Virus record (IMG/VR): IMGVR_UViG_3300022752_000027
Location: 32,001 to 96,000 of that record
Strand: one strand, 5' to 3'
Source of the DNA: a virus
Length of the DNA: 64,000 bases
The notes under the pieces are model-generated. The model was not told the DNA's origin and did no database searches. It saw nothing but the letters and a program-made list of their open reading frames with translations. The position numbers and the translations under genes were made by a program. This document shows, in pieces, positions 1 through 11,400 of the stretch. Numbering within the stretch: position 1 is the first letter of the stretch; the number at the start of each line of letters is the position of its first letter.

Positions 1-2
1 AT

Positions 3-1211
3 ATTAATGATCCACATCTATCAGCTAACATAGATAATCCTGAGAAGCTTTATAATAAAGACTTTGTATCTGGTAGAAAAGTAGCTAAGCTTAATAGACC
101 AATAAAAGATGCCGATGGTAAGGAGTACAACAATCTTGGATTTGCAGATGCTTTAGAATCTTATTTTACAGATGCTGACTTCAGACCAGGACTTGGTTCT
201 GATAAAAAATTAGGTCTTGAACATGCTGATGCATTTACCTATGACAAACCTGTTACAGAAGTTTCTCCTGGAGATGAGGAAGTAACTAAAGAAGAGGAAA
301 TTCTTAAAAAAGAAACTCCTAATTATAGAAGATCAGGAGCATATGCACCTTGGTGGTTACAAGATATTATAAAAACATCAGGAGCATTATATGATCTATA
401 CGACATTAAAAAATATAAGCCATATAAGCCTACATATGCGCCATATGTTCCTAGTCCTACGTTCTATGATCCAACCAGAGAAATAGCTGCTCTGCAGGAA
501 ACTGCAGGTATTGCTACTGATGTAATGCGGGGTATGGGAACTAGTGCACAATCAATGGGTGCTAGACTTGCCGCCATTCAAGGTACAGCTGCAGAAAGTA
601 TTGCAAATACAATGGGTAAATACAACAACTTAAATGTTGGTGTAGCTAATGAATTTGCATACAAGAAAGCTGATATCATGAATGAGGCAGCGATAAAGAA
701 CCAAATGTTTACTAAGCAATACGTAGATGAGTTTAATACACTTAATCAAAACTACGATAATGCTAAACGTATGGCTAGAGGTAATCTACGTCAATCTTAT
801 ATTGATGCTGTTACAAATAGGGCGCAGGCACAGGTATTAAATGATCTGTATCCTAATTACCAAATTGACCCAGCTACTGGTGGCTTTATGGTATTTAACA
901 GAGGAACAGATATGGTTCCAGATGAAAATGCTGGACAAACATCTATGGCTAGACAAAATGCTGATGCATTCTATAATTGGTGGAAGAATGATCATCCAGA
1001 TCTTGATGCTGATCAGGCTACTTCTATCTGGACTGCTACGTCAAGAATGAAACCTCAGACCATGACTCCACAACAGGATTATTATAATGCATATTCTAAT
1101 GTGCTTAATAGTAACATGCCTGTGCAGAATCCTGGACCTGGTAATTATTATCTGAATCAAAGAAACGGTGGACCTGTACCATTTACATATACAGTAGGCT
1201 ATTCACGATAA
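3..1211 (+). CDS. Virion structural/cargo protein, 5'-truncated
   Basis: The frame of ORF 525..1211 is open back to position 3 (INDPHLSANI...WWLQDIIK...FYDPTRE). It is Q/N/A-rich and lies directly upstream of the cargo gene block. Confidence 0.6.
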   Translation: MNDPHLSANIDNPEKLYNKDFVSGRKVAKLNRPIKDADGKEYNNLGFADALESYFTDADFRPGLGSDKKLGLEHADAFTYDKPVTEVSPGDEEVTKEEEILKKETPNYRRSGAYAPWWLQDIIKTSGALYDLYDIKKYKPYKPTYAPYVPSPTFYDPTREIAALQETAGIATDVMRGMGTSAQSMGARLAAIQGTAAESIANTMGKYNNLNVGVANEFAYKKADIMNEAAIKNQMFTKQYVDEFNTLNQNYDNAKRMARGNLRQSYIDAVTNRAQAQVLNDLYPNYQIDPATGGFMVFNRGTDMVPDENAGQTSMARQNADAFYNWWKNDHPDLDADQATSIWTATSRMKPQTMTPQQDYYNAYSNVLNSNMPVQNPGPGNYYLNQRNGGPVPFTYTVGYSR

Positions 1212-1252
1212 TTTAAACCTGAAAAGTTTATTAAACTTTATAAATTTTTTCG

Positions 1253-1260
1253 TATTTTAG
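1253..1260 (+). promoter_or_regulatory. Candidate promoter -7 element (TAnnTTAG variant)
   Basis: TATTTTAG lies 8 nt before the ATG at 1269, after a T-tract. It resembles the Bacteroidota TAnnTTTG element. Confidence 0.4.
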
Positions 1261-1268
1261 TATAAGAA

Positions 1269-4200
1269 ATGGCAACGTACATACCTGGCATACAAGATTA
1301 CATTCCACAAATCCAGCCGTTCAAGCCGGATTTTAACTTTTTCCAATCTGCATTAGAGCAGAAACAACAGCAGTATCAAGCTGGCTATAATAAGATTAGT
1401 GCCGTATATGGCCAACTTCTTAATTCTGAGCTACTTAGAGATGCTAATAAGGAAAGAAGGGATGCGTTATTTACAGAAATTGACGCAGATATCAAAAGGC
1501 TTTCTGGCGTAGATTTATCTCTGCAGGAAAATGTCAAAGAGGCAAGTAAGCTATTCCAACCTTTAATTAATAATGATTACTTTAGAAAGGATGTAGCATA
1601 TACTAAACAACATTATGCTCAGCTCAGAAGAGCAGATGGCATGATGAGAAATCCTGATCCTAAAAGTGATGAAAGATATTGGCAAGAAGGTGTTACAGCA
1701 TTGCATTATCAGGCTGAAGATTTTTCTAAATCAACAGATGAAGAATCAATGCGATATAGAAATCCTGTCTATACGCCGAAGATTGATGTAACAGAAAAAC
1801 TATTTAAGTTCGGTAAAGATAACGACATTAATCCTGAGTCAGATCCAATCCGTAGTGGTGGCTTCATGTATAAGTACACCAATGGTAGACCAGCAATTCC
1901 AACATTACAAAATACATTCTCTTCGGTGCTTATGTCAGACCCTAGAATTAAGGCAATGACTGATACTGAAGCATATCTAGAAAGAAAGAATTACTCTAAA
2001 GAGAATGCTACTAGATTTAATGGAGATGAGTTAGCAGCTGAGACAGAATATTTGCAAAACAAAATTGCAGACATTAATAAGTATTATGAAAAAGCTACTA
2101 AACAAACTGAAGAGAAGGCCAATAGAGTAAATACTACTAAGAAGGTTATTGAAGATAGAATTGCTACTTATGGTATTGACCCAGACCTAGACCAAGATCT
2201 TGTTAAAATGTACCAAGGTGCAATGACAGATCAAAGCACTATTGCTAGTAATCAGCAAAAAAATAAAGATGTTACTAGCCAAATCAACGGTATAGATATG
2301 AATTCTCTTGACAGGGAATCATTACGCTATAGAGTAGATAATGCAATGTCCTACTTTAAAATTGATGGACTTGCTGCTCAGACTGCAGAACAATATGCAA
2401 TGAGCAAACAAAAGGTTGATTTTCAGGTAGATCCTTATGCTCTTGAAGCTACTAAGCATAGATATGCTATGGCTAGACAAGATGATCAGCAAGACCATGA
2501 AAAGAAAATGAAAATCATGGACATTGCTAGTGAAATGTTTAAAGCAAGTGGCAATGCTCAGGCTGGTAAAAGTCTTAATCCATTTTATGGAACTGGATTG
2601 CTTCTAAAGATCCCTACTCCTGGAGGAGTTACAGCTGATAATTTAGATATACAAAGAGGAAATGAAGCTGCTGCTCAAACTAAATTAGATCAAAGTACTA
2701 AAATAGTTGATACAAACATTGAGGATTTTCTCGCTATACAAAACAGTATAATCAAAAATCCTGGTGCTACTCCTGAACAAAAAGCAAAGGCAGAACAGGA
2801 TATAAAAGATAGATTAGGTGAGTATCAGGTAGTAAGTAAACAAGAAGCATATACTAAAGATCTTCCTACAGACGTAACTGATTTTGGAGCCGGAATAGGT
2901 AAAATATTACTTGGCGCAGGATTATGGACAGAGGCTATTGCAGGAACTATATTTACTGGTGGATTTTCATTGCCTGCTCAAATTGGAGTAGCATCAACAG
3001 GCACAATTGCTATTGGTAAAGGTATATCAGATATTGTTGGTGCTGTAGGGGGCAAAGAAGAAGTTGGAGAAAAAATAACTCAGTCAAAAGGCTTGGTTGT
3101 TAAAAATGCTAATGGAACATATGATCTAGTACCTCAAGCTCAAAGAACACATTTTACTGATCCTAGCAGTGAAAGTTACTATGATAATGTAAATAAGAAA
3201 GTTCTTGAAGGTTTAAATGAAACCTATGCTTTATATAAAGGAACTCCATATGAAGGAATAATTAGAGAAAAAATTAATAAGACTAACGATAGACAACAGC
3301 AGCTTAAAACTTATAATGATGTTTTAGATGGTGTAAAGAGAATAACAACTGAAAATAATCAGGTACTTAGCACAGCAATGGCTAATGAAGCTGGTACAAC
3401 GGCTGAAAATGCAAAGTTATATTGGAAACCTGATATGACTGGCAGTAGGACAGAAAATGAATTTGTTTCTGCATATGTAGAAGCTAACAAAAATAATACA
3501 AAGGATTATCCTCAAACTACATTTATGAGTTATGTAGTCGGCTCTACTTTTGCTGATTTTACTGGAGATACAAAATGGACAGTGTCAGAGGAAGAAAGAC
3601 TTCAAGATATGAGAGATGATGCTATTGATCTCTATGAAGAACTAATAGATGCCCATGAAACATTAGCTAAAAATCCTGATGGTAATTTAAAACTTAAATC
3701 AGTATTTGATGATGGACTAGTTGCAGATGAGGGTATAAATAGATTTTTTTCAAATGCGTCATATTATGGATTTGATGCTGCTTTTTATGACGAGGCAGGA
3801 TTTAAAATGGGAATGGATTTCTTTCAAAAAGATTTTATACCAAAAACAGCATCTCCATCGTTTAGAGATGAGAATGGCGTTAAGATAGTCTATGGCTCAG
3901 GTCTAGAAATTACTAGAGATGAGTATGCTGAAATGAAGCATGATCCAAAAGCTGAAATGGCACTTAAAACATTTTTGGCATCAGCATCAATGAACTATGG
4001 AGGTAAGACCGGTGAAAATCAAATGAGACCTACCGGGGCATATTATCTAAGTGCAATTGCAGCTAATGATGCTAATAAAGTAGCAATGACTTGGGAACTT
4101 GATCCAGCATGGGTAAAAGAACATGCAGGTACTAAAGATGCGCATGGACCAACTTGGGACTTACAGCAAAAGTTTGCCGAAAAGGAAAAAGAAAAAGGTG

Positions 4201-4595
4201 GTATTCCTGACTATAAGATAACATTCTTTATGGATGCTGATAAAGCAGAGTCATCACCATTCCAAGCAATGCAGCTTTCAAGTGAAGAAATGCTAATGAA
4301 TATGAATGGTCAAATTACACTTGATGCTCATGAAAAATATGCTGGAAATGCAAGTATTTCTAAAAGTGCATTAGGTGGCTATACATATAATGGTTACATA
4401 AAAGCCATGGATGAACTTGGTAATTATATAACTAATCCAATATTTGGAAATTCTGATGCTGACCTAAACTCTCTATATGGGTATCTTAATAATATAATGG
4501 GTTCAGCAGCAATGTCAAATATGCAACAAGAAGCAGCATTAAGAAACCAACAGAATCTTCAGTTTGATCCAACAGCAGTGCTTGAAACAGAATAA
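1269..4595 (+). CDS. Large virion cargo/ejection protein, 1108 aa
   Basis: Long Cys-free ORF with a helical N-terminus and a central Gly-rich hydrophobic segment (GAGIGKILLGAGLW...IVGAVGG). Its position upstream of the vRNAP gene is typical of crAss-like phages. Confidence 0.65.
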   Translation: MATYIPGIQDYIPQIQPFKPDFNFFQSALEQKQQQYQAGYNKISAVYGQLLNSELLRDANKERRDALFTEIDADIKRLSGVDLSLQENVKEASKLFQPLINNDYFRKDVAYTKQHYAQLRRADGMMRNPDPKSDERYWQEGVTALHYQAEDFSKSTDEESMRYRNPVYTPKIDVTEKLFKFGKDNDINPESDPIRSGGFMYKYTNGRPAIPTLQNTFSSVLMSDPRIKAMTDTEAYLERKNYSKENATRFNGDELAAETEYLQNKIADINKYYEKATKQTEEKANRVNTTKKVIEDRIATYGIDPDLDQDLVKMYQGAMTDQSTIASNQQKNKDVTSQINGIDMNSLDRESLRYRVDNAMSYFKIDGLAAQTAEQYAMSKQKVDFQVDPYALEATKHRYAMARQDDQQDHEKKMKIMDIASEMFKASGNAQAGKSLNPFYGTGLLLKIPTPGGVTADNLDIQRGNEAAAQTKLDQSTKIVDTNIEDFLAIQNSIIKNPGATPEQKAKAEQDIKDRLGEYQVVSKQEAYTKDLPTDVTDFGAGIGKILLGAGLWTEAIAGTIFTGGFSLPAQIGVASTGTIAIGKGISDIVGAVGGKEEVGEKITQSKGLVVKNANGTYDLVPQAQRTHFTDPSSESYYDNVNKKVLEGLNETYALYKGTPYEGIIREKINKTNDRQQQLKTYNDVLDGVKRITTENNQVLSTAMANEAGTTAENAKLYWKPDMTGSRTENEFVSAYVEANKNNTKDYPQTTFMSYVVGSTFADFTGDTKWTVSEEERLQDMRDDAIDLYEELIDAHETLAKNPDGNLKLKSVFDDGLVADEGINRFFSNASYYGFDAAFYDEAGFKMGMDFFQKDFIPKTASPSFRDENGVKIVYGSGLEITRDEYAEMKHDPKAEMALKTFLASASMNYGGKTGENQMRPTGAYYLSAIAANDANKVAMTWELDPAWVKEHAGTKDAHGPTWDLQQKFAEKEKEKGGIPDYKITFFMDADKAESSPFQAMQLSSEEMLMNMNGQITLDAHEKYAGNASISKSALGGYTYNGYIKAMDELGNYITNPIFGNSDADLNSLYGYLNNIMGSAAMSNMQQEAALRNQQNLQFDPTAVLETE

Positions 4596-4597
4596 CT

Positions 4598-7500
4598 ATG
4601 GTAGATAACTTTCAGATACCTACTGGTAATCAAGGGGTAGATCCTATTGATCAGTATCTTACTACTCTTGCAAAAACAACACAGTATTTAGATCAAGCTG
4701 TACCCAGATTAGAACAAGGCATAGATCAGATATTACCTCCTCAAGCAAAAAATAAGTCTCAGTATACTGGTTTTAACCAACAGAAAGCTGATGCAGCTTT
4801 GGGTACTTATAATGGTATGGCTTCGTTTACTCCTAATAATACAAAGCCAAAACAAGGAGGAAACGTTGATTATATACAAGGACTGATTGCATCAGCAATA
4901 TCATCACCCATTCCTACATCTGGTGCTGCAAGCCAAGTAAGAAAAACTGGTTTTGCAGCTGGTCCAGATAAATTAAACTTTGATAGGTATTATGCACATA
5001 ATGCATATAAGAAACTTGGATGGAATCCTTACGTAGATAACGAGGCTATTTATAATGCTAATAGTTCTTGGACAGATGATTTTGGAAGAGCATGGGACCA
5101 GTGGGGAAAGCTTGCATCATTAGGTTTTAAACAGACTGCCCAAAATTGGGATGATTTGTTTACTTTAAATACTGCTGGGGATACCAAAAATGCCAGAGAA
5201 ATGAATAGATTAATGTCTATTTCATCATCTACAAGAGGTGGTATTGGTGGTTTTGTTACGAATCAATTTGCAAATTCTGCCTACACATTTGGTGTAATGG
5301 GAGAAATACTTGCAGAAGAAGCTGCATTATGGGGAGCAACTGCATTAACTGAAGGTGCATTAGCATCACCTGCCGTAGCTAGAACTGCAGCCAATATAAA
5401 AAAATTATTTTCTGCGGGTAACGCCGCTGAAAATGCTGCAGATGCCATAAGAGCAAGTAAGACTGTTGAAGAAGCAAAATCTATGACTACTGCCGTAAAT
5501 TCTGTTCAGGATGTTTCTCAAGCTAGAAAGTTTTGGAATGGTGTGGCTGGATTTATAAATCCATTTTCCGATACTGCTGAGACAATAAAGAATATTAGAA
5601 CAGGTGCCAACGGCTACGATAAATTAACAGATGTAGCTAAAGCCACTAAAACATTTGGAGCATTCTTTAGGGATATGCGACTCATGAATACAGCACTAGC
5701 AGAATCAAGATTAGAAGGAGGCTTTGTACAAAATGAAGTCTTCAATAAACTTATTCAAGATTGGAATAAGAACAATGTTGTTCCGCCAGATGATATAGCA
5801 GCAAACAAAATGCTTAAGCAAGCAAAAGATGCTGGTATTAGAACAACAATGATGAATATGCCAGCAATTCTATATTCTAATAAGATTGTATTTGATAAGG
5901 CATTAAACGGATTCAAACCATTTAGAGAAACCTTAGATGGTAGTCTTGGTACAATGGTAAAGAAACTAGGTGGCAAGGGTAAGGCATACGAAGGATTTAT
6001 AGATACGGCTAATCCTAAAACATGGTTTACTAAAAGAAATTTTAAAAGAATTGGTAACCAGTTCAAGCCAGCAAACATAGCAAAAGGAGGAATGAGATAC
6101 TTATCTGCCAACCTAGCAGAAGGATTGCAGGAAGTATATCAAGAAGCTATAAGTGAAGCCACAACTAATTACTTTACACAGAAGTATCTTAATGCAGATA
6201 GAGCAGGTTACTTGTCATATGCTGCTGCATTAGGTGAAGGATTTGGAAATCAGATATCTGGTAAAGGTGCTGAAACATTCTTATCTGGTTTCTTGATGGG
6301 AGGTCTTGTACAAGGACCACAAGCATTAGCATTTCAGTATGCTCCGCAGGTAGTTAAAGACTTTCAGGAAAGAAGAAAAGATCCAGCAAAGTATGCTGAA
6401 AGACAAAATCTTAGAAAGCAACAACAAGAAAAGATAACTAACTTCCTTAATAAAGTAGCAGAAGACCCTAAAGCCGTGTTTGATCCTGTATATGCTAATC
6501 TACAGGCACAAAAGGACTTTGCAACAAAGATGGATCTAGCTGAAGCTGATGGTAATAAGAAAGAACATAAAGATGCTTCTCAGGATTCAATACTTGAACA
6601 TGTACAACTTCTTTTAAATAAGGGATATATTGATTTATTAAAAGATCAGATTTCAAGTTTTAAAGGACTAAGCGATGCTGAATTACTTCAGGCATTTGGA
6701 TATAGTCAAGAAAATGGAAATGCTAATGAGTATAATAAATCTATTAGGGAAAAACTAAATGGTGTAGAGGCAAAGATTGAAGAGATTACCAAAAGACATG
6801 AGAAGTATAGTAGTATAAAGAATCCATTTGATCCAGACTCTGATGAGTTTCTTGATTATGCAGGATTTGAAACTGCAAGACAAGCAGCTATCTATAACGA
6901 ATATACTTTTAGCCAAGCTGAAAAAAGAATGGCTGGTATTCTACAGGAGACTTCTAAATTTGCTGGAGGTGCTGTTGCTGGTACTATTACTAATCTTTTT
7001 AATCTAGATCAGTTAAATAATGAAATCAAACTTTTAAAACAAGAGGCTACAGTATTATCTCAGGGTGATGCAGAGCAAAAGAAACTTGCAAAGAAAAAAC
7101 AAAAGGCATTAGATGCATTAACTGCCCTTAGAGGAAGTATTGAACTGTATAGTCAAGACCTTGAAAAGCATAGAAAAAGTCTTGTAGATAAGGAAGCAAA
7201 AAAAGAATTATCAGAAGACGGCACACCAGAATATTTAGAATATTCAAGAAAAGAACTTGATAATGATTTAAGAAAATACATCTCTACAATTACTGGACTA
7301 CCTCTAGATGATGCATCTATGGATAAACTGGTTATTGATTTCCAGGATTATTATGAATTAGATCATGACAAACGTGTAGCTAGTGTTAACGTAAATAAAC
7401 TTAATGATCCTAACTTCTTCTTTAAGACAGCAAGAAGATTTAGTGAATCACAAAGAGAAACTCTTAAGGCAGCACAGAAATATATAAATGATGCCTATGC

Positions 7501-8470
7501 TGAATTCATGCGTAGGAAAGATAGCAATCAGTTACTAGGGGACTTGTACGATAAGTATAAGGTATTTGTACTACCTGAAGATATTGCTGATTTTGTTGCT
7601 GGTAAAAAACTACCTTCAGAGTTTGTTGATGTGGCTACCAAAGTTCCTCTTGAAAAAGACAGTCCTAAGTATGCCGAAATAATAATGTATCTCAAAGAGT
7701 TTGAAGAAGCTATGGGATACAAGTTTGAAGGTATGCCAGAGATTGTAGAAGTAGAGGAAGAAAAACCTGAAGAGGTTAAAGAGGAAGAAGTAAGTCTACA
7801 ACCTGAAACTCCAACAGTAACTAAACCAGTTACTACAGATATGGCTGTAGGAGATATTCCTAAAGACCTTATTGCCCAATTACGTGCACAATTTAGAATT
7901 GATAATAATAATATGATTAATGCAGGGCAGACTGCTATGATGGAATCTGAATTCTCCAAATGGGTTCAGACTAGTTCTAGTGCTGCTAACATTATTTATA
8001 ACTGGAACATGGCTAATAACCTTATAGATAAGAGTACACCTAGACCACAAGTTTCAGAAAAAGCAACTGGGGTTTCCACAGAATTAGTTAAATTTGAAGA
8101 GTTAACAGAAAACACTGTACTTATAATGAAAGATACTGGCAAGTTCCCATTAAAGCGCGCAAGAGTTATTGAAACTGATGCAGCTAATAGAACTATTACA
8201 GTTCAACCTGTCGGTACCGAAGATAGAGTAACTTTTATAGAAAGTGAAATACCTAATGAAATTGCTAGTATATATAAGACAGGAGTAGTTGCTCCTGAAG
8301 CCACCCCAGAAGTTACCTCTGGAGAACAGCAATTGTCAAATGAAAATTTAACTGCTGTTACTACTGAAGAGGAACTTATAAATAGCATTAACGAGGACGT
8401 GGAAAAAGCCAAGTCCATGACAAAAGAAGATAGAGATAACGACCTTTTAAACTCATTAGGCTGTAAATAA
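4598..8470 (+). CDS. Large virion cargo/ejection protein, 1290 aa
   Basis: Ala/Gly-rich hydrophobic segments, an AEGLQEVYQ-type motif, coiled-coil regions and an acidic linker. Tightly coupled to the vRNAP gene. Confidence 0.65.
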   Translation: MVDNFQIPTGNQGVDPIDQYLTTLAKTTQYLDQAVPRLEQGIDQILPPQAKNKSQYTGFNQQKADAALGTYNGMASFTPNNTKPKQGGNVDYIQGLIASAISSPIPTSGAASQVRKTGFAAGPDKLNFDRYYAHNAYKKLGWNPYVDNEAIYNANSSWTDDFGRAWDQWGKLASLGFKQTAQNWDDLFTLNTAGDTKNAREMNRLMSISSSTRGGIGGFVTNQFANSAYTFGVMGEILAEEAALWGATALTEGALASPAVARTAANIKKLFSAGNAAENAADAIRASKTVEEAKSMTTAVNSVQDVSQARKFWNGVAGFINPFSDTAETIKNIRTGANGYDKLTDVAKATKTFGAFFRDMRLMNTALAESRLEGGFVQNEVFNKLIQDWNKNNVVPPDDIAANKMLKQAKDAGIRTTMMNMPAILYSNKIVFDKALNGFKPFRETLDGSLGTMVKKLGGKGKAYEGFIDTANPKTWFTKRNFKRIGNQFKPANIAKGGMRYLSANLAEGLQEVYQEAISEATTNYFTQKYLNADRAGYLSYAAALGEGFGNQISGKGAETFLSGFLMGGLVQGPQALAFQYAPQVVKDFQERRKDPAKYAERQNLRKQQQEKITNFLNKVAEDPKAVFDPVYANLQAQKDFATKMDLAEADGNKKEHKDASQDSILEHVQLLLNKGYIDLLKDQISSFKGLSDAELLQAFGYSQENGNANEYNKSIREKLNGVEAKIEEITKRHEKYSSIKNPFDPDSDEFLDYAGFETARQAAIYNEYTFSQAEKRMAGILQETSKFAGGAVAGTITNLFNLDQLNNEIKLLKQEATVLSQGDAEQKKLAKKKQKALDALTALRGSIELYSQDLEKHRKSLVDKEAKKELSEDGTPEYLEYSRKELDNDLRKYISTITGLPLDDASMDKLVIDFQDYYELDHDKRVASVNVNKLNDPNFFFKTARRFSESQRETLKAAQKYINDAYAEFMRRKDSNQLLGDLYDKYKVFVLPEDIADFVAGKKLPSEFVDVATKVPLEKDSPKYAEIIMYLKEFEEAMGYKFEGMPEIVEVEEEKPEEVKEEEVSLQPETPTVTKPVTTDMAVGDIPKDLIAQLRAQFRIDNNNMINAGQTAMMESEFSKWVQTSSSAANIIYNWNMANNLIDKSTPRPQVSEKATGVSTELVKFEELTENTVLIMKDTGKFPLKRARVIETDAANRTITVQPVGTEDRVTFIESEIPNEIASIYKTGVVAPEATPEVTSGEQQLSNENLTAVTTEEELINSINEDVEKAKSMTKEDRDNDLLNSLGCK

Positions 8471-8471
8471 A

Positions 8472-11400
8472 ATGATAAATTGTAGTCTTACACCTGACCA
8501 AATCAGAACCTTACGAGTAAAGATTTCAGGTGACTTACTAGATATTCTAGGTAGTCCTGATGCCCAATTTGATGTAAAATCTTATTTGAGGGATCTTTAT
8601 AATTTTATTGAAGCTGGATCAAACGGAAACAAAAATCTTGCATTAGACTATGCAAGAATGGGATCTGTAATTATATCTCAGTTGGTTACAAATAGACCGA
8701 CTGATATTGCCAAGCTTTTATTTAAAGGTCTGGATCTCAATGAGTTAATGAAGAAAAACATTGAGTTTGCAGATCCCACTAATGGATTAAATCTGGTAAA
8801 CGAATATGTTGCACCAATTGTTTCTGAAGAGACTGTAGAAGAAATTGTTGCTGAAGAAGAGAAACAAATACAACAAAAAAAAGTAGAAGACAAGATTTCT
8901 AGTACTGGACCTACCATTGAAAGATTACGTCCAACAACTGCAGTATCTACTACTATAAATGAATTAGTAGATCCAGATGATGCAAGTCTTGGGGCTGATC
9001 CAGGAATGCGGTACTACACAAAATTTGTACGTGAAATACTTACAAACTATATTGGCAAACGTGTAGGAACTTCAGAATTTTCTGGAATAGATTATCCAGG
9101 TATTTATGGTGGATTATTTATCACCATGATGCGCTACAATCAAATACCTGTAGCACAACTCCATTCTAAAATGGACCTGAGTAGAGCTGAAGACAAGCAT
9201 AAGTATGATAATGATTTTGTCTATGTAATAACTGATGAGAATGGTTTTCCGGTAACTTTTGATGAAAACTATAAAGTATCAGGATCTGGTAAATTAATTT
9301 ATTATAATACCAGATTCCTTCCTGTAAAACAAGACGGAAAATTTATTTTAACAAATGTTAAGAACGTCCAGAATCCTAAGGAATTATCTAAAAACCTTGG
9401 CATAAGTGAATTAGATGCTGAGAAGATGTTAGATGCTCAATTTAGGGCACTAGAACAAGCTTATGAATATCTTAAAGCTAATCCAGAAGGTAAGCTTCTG
9501 TATTCAATACGTGGGGGGAGTTACGGTACAGTTGTAAATGAAAATGCTGCTTTTGTAGATCCAAAATCAATAGATTTTGAAAACGCGGCTAAAAAAGTAA
9601 TGCTTATTAATAAGCAACAAGCAGCTGAAGCAACAGGATCATCAAATTCTAAGGGTGGTTTTTATCTTACTGCTACTGGTAAAGGCATGATGTTTATGAA
9701 AATTAAGAAGTTATCTGATACAGATATTAATCTTATTTTCAACGTACTTACTAAGAATCTTACTAACCAAGCTGGTCAACCTGTATCACTCGAGACAAGA
9801 AAGAATATCATTCAGACATATATAAAAACGTCTCCAAATGATTTATCTATATCAATAGATTCTACGAACAATAAACTAGTCCTTAAATACAAGGGTGAGA
9901 TTATTGACTTAGATAACGTAGATGCTGTAAAGAATGCCATTGCTAGAGATAAGACAGGTAACCTCCGTGAATATACGTTTGCAACAAACAAGTTCAATGA
10001 CGAACAAGCAATACCCCTCTATAGTGTAGAGATAGATGAAAGGACTGGTGGAGCATATATTTCTGGTATTAAGCCCATGTCTCCGATTGAATACATGAGT
10101 CATGTATCAGAAGTAAAAGTAGAACTTGAACCTGATGGAACTATAAAGCAGTATAATGCATATTTTAGTTTAACCTCTACGCCAGAGACTATTGGAAAAA
10201 CTGTAGTTAAAACAGAAGCCCCTACTGCTGACCCTACAATTAGAGAAAAGAAAAATGAAATAGTTGATCAGTTATTTAGAGGTGAGGAAGTAACAGGAGA
10301 TATTCAGAGACCACAGAACAGTGTTACTCGTTTTGAATTCATAAAGCCTGATGGTACTGTAGTCAATTTCTACAACAGGAATGCTGAGCCTATAAATGAA
10401 TCAGACCTCAATAAGAAAGCTAGATTAAAACTAGTAGAGAAGGTAACTACCGAAGATGGTAGAGAATTCTATAATGTTGTAGAAGTATACATTGGAGATA
10501 AGTATGTAGGCAACATTCAGGAGACAGACTTTAGACAACCTAAAAAAACTGAAGAGGCTATTGCAAAGGCTGAACCTATTGTAAAAGAACAAGAGAGTAA
10601 ATCATCAAGTGATGCAGATACTATAAGTAAGATCCTTAAGAATAATGATCTGCTTAAAAGATTACGTAACAAGCTTGATGACCAGACCAATGTCAAGGCT
10701 ACTGCAGAGCAGATAAAACTGGCCAAAGAATGGTATGAGAACAGTCCTCTTTCTAAGTTTATTCCATTTACTGTAGCATTTAATATAATCAATACTAAGA
10801 CCAGAGGATCTATTGCTACATGGGACGTACATGGTATTACTCTATTCAAAGGATCTAACTATTCTGATCTATACCATGAAGCATGGCATGGCTTTACTCA
10901 GATGTTCTTGACTAAAGAGCAAAGGGATTCATTGTATGCAGAGGCTAGAAAAAATAAAGGAACCTTTAAGAGTTTCAGAGGACGAGAAGTATCATATGCT
11001 AATGCTACCAGAGAAGAACTAGAAGAGAAACTGGCAGAAGACTTTAGAGAATTTATGTTGTCTAAAGGCAAGAAGGTAAATGAGAAGGCACCGGTAAAAA
11101 ATAAGATATTCAAACTTTTATTAGACTTATTAAACTACCTGTTTGGTAAGACTAGTGTACAGGATGTACAGGATAATAGCATGGGTAACCCTGTTATTAG
11201 TGAGATGTTTGAGAAACTAAGAGTAGGAGATATAAACGAGTATACGTTTAATCAGGCTAATGCTGAATTCTCTTTACTTAATAGTACTATACAACCATTA
11301 GATCCTACCATGGATGGTCCTGGAACCATCTCTAGACAGGATGCAAAATTACTGGTAGATACTACAGATGCATTAATTGGGGAACTAATTGATAAACTAA

